NCBI GenBank assembly: GCA_020697715.1
Contig: JAEHCO010000004.1
Location: 51,665-115,664, forward strand
Source of the DNA: Methanobacteriota archaeon
GTDB taxonomy: Archaea; Thermoplasmatota; Thermoplasmata; SG8-5; JAGLSY01
Length of the DNA stretch: 64,000 nucleotides
Direction of reading: 5' to 3'
A program made the position numbers and the translations under genes. This document shows, in pieces, positions 8,502 to 15,698 of the stretch. Below the pieces are notes generated by a model. That model saw only the letters and a list, made by a program, of their open reading frames with translations, did not search any database and was not told the DNA's origin. How positions within the stretch are numbered: the stretch's first letter is position 1; each line of letters starts with the position of its first letter.

Positions 8502-11500
8502 TATTCATCACCTCCTTCGCTTTCCGCACTGAGATCACACCTCAGACACCTGGATGCCTCTTTCTTGGCACATTCAGGGTCCATGCACATGACAACTTCC
8601 TCGAAGCCGCATGTTCTGTCATCAGCGTTTAGTTCTTTCACGCCCTGCCTCTGCATTGGTTCTGCATTGTCTGGTTCGACATTGGAATAGTTGGTATTGT
8701 TCATCTTTTCCAACTGGGCCAATCGGTCATTGCCACCCAAGAACAGATCGATGTTCCTGGCCGCCCTCTTACCATCAGCCACCACGTCGATCACACTTGC
8801 AGGTCCAGTTACCGCATCTCCACCAGCGAATATCTTCGGGAACCAAGCTGAGCTTCCTGTTCCTTCAACAGGTATCCACCTTGAATCGCCCACGATATTC
8901 ATTCCACCAGCGAAGTCAGTATCCAATTGCTGTCCAATGGCATTGACCACACGGTCGGCCCTTATCTCGACAGTCTCATCGGTAGCGACAGGTGATCTGC
9001 GACCCCACTTGGTGAAATCGCCCATGACATTCTTTCTGAAGACAGCTCCAACGACCTTTCCGCCTTCCACGATGAGTTTCTCGGGTGCGACCAGGAAGTG
9101 ATATTCCACACCTTCCTCTCTGCAGTGTTCGATCTCCTCATCATAAGCTGGCATGTCATCCTCTTCTCGTCTGTAGCAGACGGTGACCTTGGTTCCCATT
9201 CGAATTGCAGTTCTGGCAACATCTATGGCAACGTTCCCACCGCCTATCACGAGAATGCTCTGACCCAGATCGACCGACTTGCCACTATTCATTTCCTTGA
9301 GCAGCTGAAGACCTGGAAGCACGCCTGGAAGTTCCTCGCCTTCCAGCCCCAGCTTCGTGTCCTTCTGGGCTCCGATGGCCAGGTATACCGCATCATTATC
9401 ATTGAGCAGTGTTTCCATTGTTATGTCCTTACCCACACTAGTATTTGTTTTGGCCACAACACCCAGGTCGATAATGTCCTGGATCTCTTTGTCGATGATC
9501 TCATGTGGCAGCCTGTACTTTGGAATTCCATATCGTACCCAGCCGCCCATTTTTTCTTGAGCTTCATAGATGGTTGGCTTGTACCCCATCCTTCTCAGGA
9601 AGTAGGCTGCTGAAAGACCAGATGGCCCTCCACCCACAATGGCGATGGTCTTGTCCACATCATCAAGTGTGGATATCTTTCCAACACCTGCTTTGAAAGC
9701 CTCATCTGAAGCATATCTCTTGAGCTCACGAATGGCTATTGGCTCATCCAACTGCGCACGCTGGCATCTTCCTTCACAAGGGTGCTCACAGACCCTTCCA
9801 CAAATGGATGGGAAGGGGTTTGCCTCTCTATTGACATCATATGCCTCTGCGTACCTGCCTTCAGTTATCAATTGTATGTAGCCGGGCACATTGGTACCTG
9901 CTGGGCAAGTGTTCTGACATGGCGATTTGAACATGGCCGCACAAACAGATGCATCACATATCTTGTTCTCAATGTGGTCCACATACTCGTTCATGAAGTA
10001 CTTCATGGTGGTCATGATCGGATTGGGTGCTGTTCCTCCAAGGGCGCAAAGTGCACTCGCACTAACTTGCTCTGAAAGGCTCGTCAGTACCTCAAGGTCT
10101 TCCATCACACCTTCTCCGTGACATATCTTCTCAAGTATCTCCAGCAATCTTCTTGTTCCGATCCTGCAAGGAGTACATTTCCCACATGATTCCTCGGCTG
10201 TGAAAGTGAGGAAGTATCTTGCGACATCCACCATGCAGGTGTCCTCATCGAGAACCACCATTCCACCAGATCCAACAATGGAACCCAGTGTTTTCAGGTT
10301 ATCATAATCCACGGGGATATCCAGGTGTTCCTCGGGTATACAACCTCCAGATGGACCACCGGTCTGAACGGCCTTGAACTTGCGACCATCCATGATACCG
10401 CCGCCGATCTCGTAGATGATGTCCTTCATCGGAATTCCCATTGGAACCTCGATAAGACCTGCGCGGTTCACTTTTCCTACTAAGGAGAAAACCTTGGTTC
10501 CAGTGCTTTTCTCAGTCCCCATGGTGGAGAACCATTCCCCGCCCCTCTGAAGGATCATAGCGATATTGGCCCATGTCTCGACATTGTTGATATTCGTAGG
10601 CTTGCCCCAAAGACCACTGACAGCAGGGAATGGAGGTCTTGGCCTTGGTTCGCCTCTCTTACCCTCGATGGAGTTTATGAGCGCGGTCTCTTCACCACAA
10701 ACGAATACACCAGCTCCCTCACGGATATGTATCCTGAAGCTGTAGTCCATTCCAAAGACACGATCACCAAGTATACCATGTTCCTCTGCAGAAGCAATAG
10801 CTTTCTTCAGTTTTTCGATGGCCAGTGGGTATTCAGCACGGATGTAGATGTATCCGTCCGTTGCTCCCATTGCGTATCCTCCAATTATCATACCTTCGAT
10901 AACACTGTGTGGATCTCCTTCCAGAACTGCACGATCCATGTAAGCACCAGGATCTCCTTCATCAGCATTACAGATGACGTATTTCACGTCACCTGGAGCC
11001 TTGTGACAGAACTCCCATTTCAAACCAGTTGGGAAACCTGCTCCACCTCTTCCGCGGATCCCGGAAGTCTTGACCTCGCCGATTATCTCTTCGGGTGTCA
11101 ATTCGAACAATGATCTGTAAGCAGCTCTGTAACCGCCCCTGGCTATGTATTCCTCAATATCTTCAGGAACAACAATTCCACAGTTCCTCAAGGCCACCCT
11201 TATCTGCTTGGCAAAGAAAGGTAGATCCTGATATTTTGGGATACCATCATAGACATCGGTCTCGGCAATTACACCATGCTCACACTCGGATATCTCGTCT
11301 GTAAGCTGGCACATTGCAAGCTCAGTTACTGGTTCCTCACCAACAAGGTGCTCATCCAGTATCTTCTTCAGTTTGTCAATGTCCATGTCCGAATAGGTAA
11401 CACGTGGCTTTCCAGGTAATTTGATGTCGACCAATGGTTCCGCGTGGCACATACCGATGCAACCAACGGAAACGATGTCCGCATGAACATCGTTCTCATC

Positions 11501-11653
11501 CAGATACATCTCAGCATATTCCTTGAGCGGCATTCCGCCAGCTGCTATTCCACAGGTGGCCAATCCAAATATCACCTGGGGTGTTCCATTATCCATGGAC
11601 TCCTTACCCCTCTGGGCCATGTCCCTGAGGTGGACTATCTTGCTTATTTTCAT
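8501..11653 (-). CDS. HydB/NuoF-like diaphorase subunit with N-terminal thioredoxin-like [2Fe-2S] domain, fused to a GltD/NfnB-like FAD/NADPH domain
   Basis: GRGGAGFPTG, NADEGDPG, CGEET, GGPSGG and ESCGKCTPC; then CQNTCP, CGRVCEHPCE, GGGPSG and GGGNVA...YRR. Confidence 0.9.
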   Translation of the reverse strand: MKISKIVHLRDMAQRGKESMDNGTPQVIFGLATCGIAAGGMPLKEYAEMYLDENDVHADIVSVGCIGMCHAEPLVDIKLPGKPRVTYSDMDIDKLKKILDEHLVGEEPVTELAMCQLTDEISECEHGVIAETDVYDGIPKYQDLPFFAKQIRVALRNCGIVVPEDIEEYIARGGYRAAYRSLFELTPEEIIGEVKTSGIRGRGGAGFPTGLKWEFCHKAPGDVKYVICNADEGDPGAYMDRAVLEGDPHSVIEGMIIGGYAMGATDGYIYIRAEYPLAIEKLKKAIASAEEHGILGDRVFGMDYSFRIHIREGAGVFVCGEETALINSIEGKRGEPRPRPPFPAVSGLWGKPTNINNVETWANIAMILQRGGEWFSTMGTEKSTGTKVFSLVGKVNRAGLIEVPMGIPMKDIIYEIGGGIMDGRKFKAVQTGGPSGGCIPEEHLDIPVDYDNLKTLGSIVGSGGMVVLDEDTCMVDVARYFLTFTAEESCGKCTPCRIGTRRLLEILEKICHGEGVMEDLEVLTSLSEQVSASALCALGGTAPNPIMTTMKYFMNEYVDHIENKICDASVCAAMFKSPCQNTCPAGTNVPGYIQLITEGRYAEAYDVNREANPFPSICGRVCEHPCEGRCQRAQLDEPIAIRELKRYASDEAFKAGVGKISTLDDVDKTIAIVGGGPSGLSAAYFLRRMGYKPTIYEAQEKMGGWVRYGIPKYRLPHEIIDKEIQDIIDLGVVAKTNTSVGKDITMETLLNDNDAVYLAIGAQKDTKLGLEGEELPGVLPGLQLLKEMNSGKSVDLGQSILVIGGGNVAIDVARTAIRMGTKVTVCYRREEDDMPAYDEEIEHCREEGVEYHFLVAPEKLIVEGGKVVGAVFRKNVMGDFTKWGRRSPVATDETVEIRADRVVNAIGQQLDTDFAGGMNIVGDSRWIPVEGTGSSAWFPKIFAGGDAVTGPASVIDVVADGKRAARNIDLFLGGNDRLAQLEKMNNTNYSNVEPDNAEPMQRQGVKELNADDRTCGFEEVVMCMDPECAKKEASRCLRCDLSAESEGGDE

Positions 11654-12129
11654 TCAGCAACCTCCTCGGTCTTGTAAGAATCAAGTATCTTTTGAAGGCC
11701 GCCTTTCTTCACACGACCATATGTCTCTTCATCTATCATGATAACAGGCGAAAGACCACAGCAACCCAGACATCTGACAGACTCTAGTGAAAAGAGTCCA
11801 TCTTTTGTGGTTCCGCCGGGTTTGATCTCCAGAATATCTTCCAATTCCTGTGCGATACCAGAGCCACCTCTGACGTGGCACGCTGTACCACTGCAGACCT
11901 TGATGGTGTGCTTTCCAGGCGGATCAAATCTGAATTGTGGGTAGAAAGATACAACACCATAAAGCTCAGTTAATGAATATTCACTGTTCTCGGAAACATA
12001 TGTGAGATATTCTTCTCCGACATATCCAAGAATTTCCTGAATATTCTGAAGGATAACGAGCTGCGGATCATCTATATTTGAATAAGTATCTAGTATAGTA
12101 TCTATAATGAATTTGTCTTTAGCTTCCAT
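11650..12129 (-). CDS. HydC/NuoE-like [2Fe-2S] subunit
   Basis: VCSGTACH...RCLGCCGLSP motif; ATGA overlap with the downstream gene. Confidence 0.92.
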   Translation of the reverse strand: MEAKDKFIIDTILDTYSNIDDPQLVILQNIQEILGYVGEEYLTYVSENSEYSLTELYGVVSFYPQFRFDPPGKHTIKVCSGTACHVRGGSGIAQELEDILEIKPGGTTKDGLFSLESVRCLGCCGLSPVIMIDEETYGRVKKGGLQKILDSYKTEEVAE

Positions 12130-12185
12130 TCAGAATCCCTCCATTTTCATTACGGGATTTTTAATGAAATCGCTTTGCTCTCTCA

Positions 12186-13967
12186 TTAAAACTCACCTCC
12201 TTTTATCTGCTTGTCATAAGCCTCGATTATCTGCTTGGAGAACCAAACTGGCCCTTTGGACTCGCCCTTGAAATTCCTCAGGTAGTCCCTGCGCTGATCA
12301 ATAATATCTATCGAAGTAGTTGGTATGGTTCCACCACCAGTTAGGCAACCGTGGAAACATGGGTAAAATTCTACCACATTGTATCTTTTAGCGATGTCCT
12401 TTGTCAGGTATTTACTAGCCTTTGCCAGATCCTCGATTATGAGGGCATTGAAGAATCCTTCTTCACTGTCGAAGGCCATTTCGTGAACATAATCCTCAAG
12501 AGTGGTCACAGCCAGCCTGGCATCGAGATTATTGAACTTTCTCATGTAAGCCGTCTGTATTATTGCCAATGAGTAAGCATAGTCACTGCTCGCACCCTTG
12601 ACAAACACACTGGACAAACCAAGCTCGCAATCGAACACACCATCAGCAGGATCATGGAAATCAATGTCCACGCCCTTCTGCTTGAGAAGCCTTGGAAGCT
12701 CTCTGGCGGTCAAGACCGCATCGATCTTCGAATTGCCCTTGTGGACGATACATGGCGACAGAAGGATTATCTTCAAAGTCTTCTCTCCCTTAGTGTATCT
12801 CTCACCCAGAACATCCAACATCATCTGCTCAGGCGATGACACTTTCTGCAGATTCTTCTTGAATTCAGGATGGAATTTTCGGATATACGAATTGGCACTT
12901 GGACACCATGATGTGAAGACCATGTCGTCGTTCTCGCTAACATAGGTTCCCTGCGCTGCCAATGAAAGATAATTGAAGTGGGTGAAATCCACAACCCTGT
13001 CGGCTCCCAGTGATTTTAATGACGCTATGAGACTTCCCAATGCCTCGCCAAAGTCATCTCTGTCTGTTGGTAGGACCTCCATGGCTGCTGCCGCAGCCGT
13101 GAGATCGATGGCGAACACAACAAAATTGTTGGGATCATCAAGTAATCCAATAGCCTTCTCCACATCGGAATGTTCGGAAAAAGCACCGACCGGACAGTTG
13201 ACCAGACACTGTCCGCATGATATGCATTTATTATCATCCAGGCCCTTATTGAAAGGCGTGGATATGATGGATTCATTTCCTTTATTTGTCAATCCAATGG
13301 CATGAATATCCAGGATCTCATTGCACACGATATCGCAATGCCTGCACAGTATGCATTTCTGAGGATCATATTGGATGATGGATCTTGTGTCGGCCTCCAT
13401 TTCCCTTGCGGTAACACCGAATCTCAGATCCAGATTCTTCCTTGGGGCCATCGTGGTAAGACGCCTTATGTAGTACAGGACCTGTTCTTTCCGGACTGGA
13501 CATCCACGGATATAGAAATCAACATCCACGACCTCATTGAGCTTCTTTGTCGGGAAGACGTCGAAATACTCATTGTTCGCAATGTCCGCATCCGCATATA
13601 CTTCTTTAAGATTCTCCGCATCTGGCCATTGGTTCCTCAGTTTATTGACACAACCAGTTGTGGCACAATCACCAAGAGCGATGAGGATCTTGGCATTGGC
13701 CCTGATCTCTTTCAGTCTTTTCTCATCAACTGGCCTGTTTATCGAACCCTCAATGAAGGCTATATCGTAGTCATCGGAATGTTCCTTCATGACCTCACGA
13801 AATGAGACTACCTCCACTGTATCCAAAAGCTCGAGGATATCCTCCTCAAGATTGGCTATCTGCAGTTCACATCCTTCACAGCTTGCAAAATCAAAAATAC
13901 CTACCTTATACTTAGGTGCGGTTTGGGCACTTTTGACACTTTCTACATCAGAAACTACCATAGTCAT
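12186..13967 (-). CDS. Hybrid subunit: NiFe small-subunit N-domain, 2x[4Fe-4S] ferredoxin and [FeFe]-hydrogenase H-cluster-like domain (group F-like)
   Basis: FASCEGC/GDCA/RGCP, then CILCRHC and CISCGQC, then TSWCP, SPCIVHK and EFYPCFHGCLTGGG, which align to the FeFe L1/L2/L3 motifs. Confidence 0.82.
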   Translation of the reverse strand: MTMVVSDVESVKSAQTAPKYKVGIFDFASCEGCELQIANLEEDILELLDTVEVVSFREVMKEHSDDYDIAFIEGSINRPVDEKRLKEIRANAKILIALGDCATTGCVNKLRNQWPDAENLKEVYADADIANNEYFDVFPTKKLNEVVDVDFYIRGCPVRKEQVLYYIRRLTTMAPRKNLDLRFGVTAREMEADTRSIIQYDPQKCILCRHCDIVCNEILDIHAIGLTNKGNESIISTPFNKGLDDNKCISCGQCLVNCPVGAFSEHSDVEKAIGLLDDPNNFVVFAIDLTAAAAAMEVLPTDRDDFGEALGSLIASLKSLGADRVVDFTHFNYLSLAAQGTYVSENDDMVFTSWCPSANSYIRKFHPEFKKNLQKVSSPEQMMLDVLGERYTKGEKTLKIILLSPCIVHKGNSKIDAVLTARELPRLLKQKGVDIDFHDPADGVFDCELGLSSVFVKGASSDYAYSLAIIQTAYMRKFNNLDARLAVTTLEDYVHEMAFDSEEGFFNALIIEDLAKASKYLTKDIAKRYNVVEFYPCFHGCLTGGGTIPTTSIDIIDQRRDYLRNFKGESKGPVWFSKQIIEAYDKQIKGGEF

Positions 13968-14185
13968 ACGTTCATGAAGGAAATTTTAGTATATATTCAC
14001 CCCTCATAAAAAATAACATTAAGATTGTTAAGAATGCTACTGGCAACATATTGAAATTGCCATTGTTGCTATATTTACTAAACAACAATAGTAGTAATGA
14101 TATATAAAATTGTACATATTAGTAGTGCACATTTGATAGTAATCTATACAAAAATTATTAATAATGATAAATTATTGTCCATCGC
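13968..14185. promoter_or_regulatory. Divergent AT-rich promoter region between the hybrid hydrogenase operon and its regulator
   Basis: Intergenic and AT-rich; contains TGGCAA-N10-TTGCCA. Confidence 0.4.
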
Positions 14186-15238
14186 ATGGCCGATATGCTA
14201 GAAGACGAACTTTCTCTCGCAATACTCGAAAAGATATGTGATGGTGTCGGAGTGAGCATCAATGTAAGTGCTCTGGCCAAAAGCCTCGATCGCCACAGAA
14301 ATACAATAAAATCACAGGTGACCGCACTTTTCGAGAATGGAATATTGACAGCCCCCTACTATCCTTTCACCGGACTTTTCAAGGAACGACCACTTTTTTC
14401 CATTGTCAGGGCAGACCTTCCGAGGCAGGCCAGGATCGACAAGTTCTTGGCAGAGGATGATACAATATTCGCCTCTTTCAAATCATGGGATGATGGTTAT
14501 AACACATTGCTCTTCGAATTCCACAAGAGCATGTCCTCATACTTCTACTGGAAAGAGAAAATAGTGGAGGACGATAAGTTACCTCCACTAGAAAACCGAT
14601 TCCCTGCCGATGTAGTATTTGTCAATAATGAACTTTTATTCAAATATGATCCAAATTCCAGCATAGCGTGCATGGATAAGAGATTCGATAAAGATGGAGA
14701 AATAATACTCAATGGCTACAAGTTGAATGAACTTGGATTCAATATCCTGAAAAAATTATTGGTAGGAGAAGGCATCAAGACCAATGAACATCTGCTGTCG
14801 AAGGAACTGGACACCCACAGAAAGACCATTGAGAAAAGGATAGAGGCCTTGACACAGGCGAGACTTATTACACCGCCTGTTTGCAGATTCCCTCAATTCT
14901 GCATACCACCAGGGCATGTGTTTGTCGTGAGCTTCATCAGGATCGATAAGTGCAAGGAACAGATCATCCAGTATATTCGGGATGATCCATGTGTGCCGAT
15001 CGCCTACAGGGGTCATGTGGGCAAATACAACCTACTATATTTCGGAGTCTTCCCCAATGTGGAGGAGCACTTCAACTGGGAGGAGATCCTGCATGCGAAA
15101 TTCAAGGACGAGTGCTTCGGAGTAATGAAGAAAATATACTTGTCTGAGAATATGACGGTTTCTATTGATAGAAAGAAGGTATCATTTGGAGTTCTGAAGG
15201 AGAAAAGAGCAGAACTGGAAGCCACGAAAACAAAGTGA
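14186..15238 (+). CDS. Internally duplicated wHTH/Lrp-AsnC-like regulator (paralog of 4919-5974)
   Basis: LAKSLDRHRNTIKSQV and LSKELDTHRKTIEKRI segments; colinear with 4919-5974. Confidence 0.7.
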   Translation: MADMLEDELSLAILEKICDGVGVSINVSALAKSLDRHRNTIKSQVTALFENGILTAPYYPFTGLFKERPLFSIVRADLPRQARIDKFLAEDDTIFASFKSWDDGYNTLLFEFHKSMSSYFYWKEKIVEDDKLPPLENRFPADVVFVNNELLFKYDPNSSIACMDKRFDKDGEIILNGYKLNELGFNILKKLLVGEGIKTNEHLLSKELDTHRKTIEKRIEALTQARLITPPVCRFPQFCIPPGHVFVVSFIRIDKCKEQIIQYIRDDPCVPIAYRGHVGKYNLLYFGVFPNVEEHFNWEEILHAKFKDECFGVMKKIYLSENMTVSIDRKKVSFGVLKEKRAELEATKTK

Positions 15239-15259
15239 AGCAAATTAGATTTAGATAGA

Positions 15260-15646
15260 TCAAAGCAATTCCTTGTATTTATCAGGAGATAACAGCTTAT
15301 CAGCATCCGCGATATTAACGGGTTTGATAATAGCGATCCATCCTTTTACATAAGGATCCTCATTGATGAGCTCGGGTGTGTCTTCCAAGTCCGAATTCAC
15401 TTCCACGACCTCACCAGCAATTGGTGAAAAGACATCACTGGTAGATTTGACGGATTCAACAATACCAAGCTCCACATCTGGGGAAATATTATCACCAACA
15501 GATGGTAGCTCGACATAGACAATATCGGTCAGTTCACCCTGTGCATGATCTGTTATGCCAATTCGAACAAGATCTCCTTCGACCTTCACCCATTCGTGCT
15601 TCTCTGTGTATTTCAAACCATCTGGAACATTGCTCATTTCGCTCAC
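15260..15646 (-). CDS. gcvH: Glycine cleavage system H protein
   Basis: HEWV, GITDHAQ, ESVKS (lipoyl-Lys) and PY..GWI motifs. Confidence 0.95.
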   Translation of the reverse strand: MSEMSNVPDGLKYTEKHEWVKVEGDLVRIGITDHAQGELTDIVYVELPSVGDNISPDVELGIVESVKSTSDVFSPIAGEVVEVNSDLEDTPELINEDPYVKGWIAIIKPVNIADADKLLSPDKYKELL

Positions 15647-15698
15647 CTATGGAGAGGGGATGTGGAAAAGGAATATTAATATTTTGGATGATAAGTTT

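Noticed and set aside
4648-14185. A shared operator motif in the two hydrogenase promoter regions (TGTACA and GTGCA hexamers)
   Set aside because: Spacing differs between the regions, and such short words are expected by chance in AT-rich DNA.
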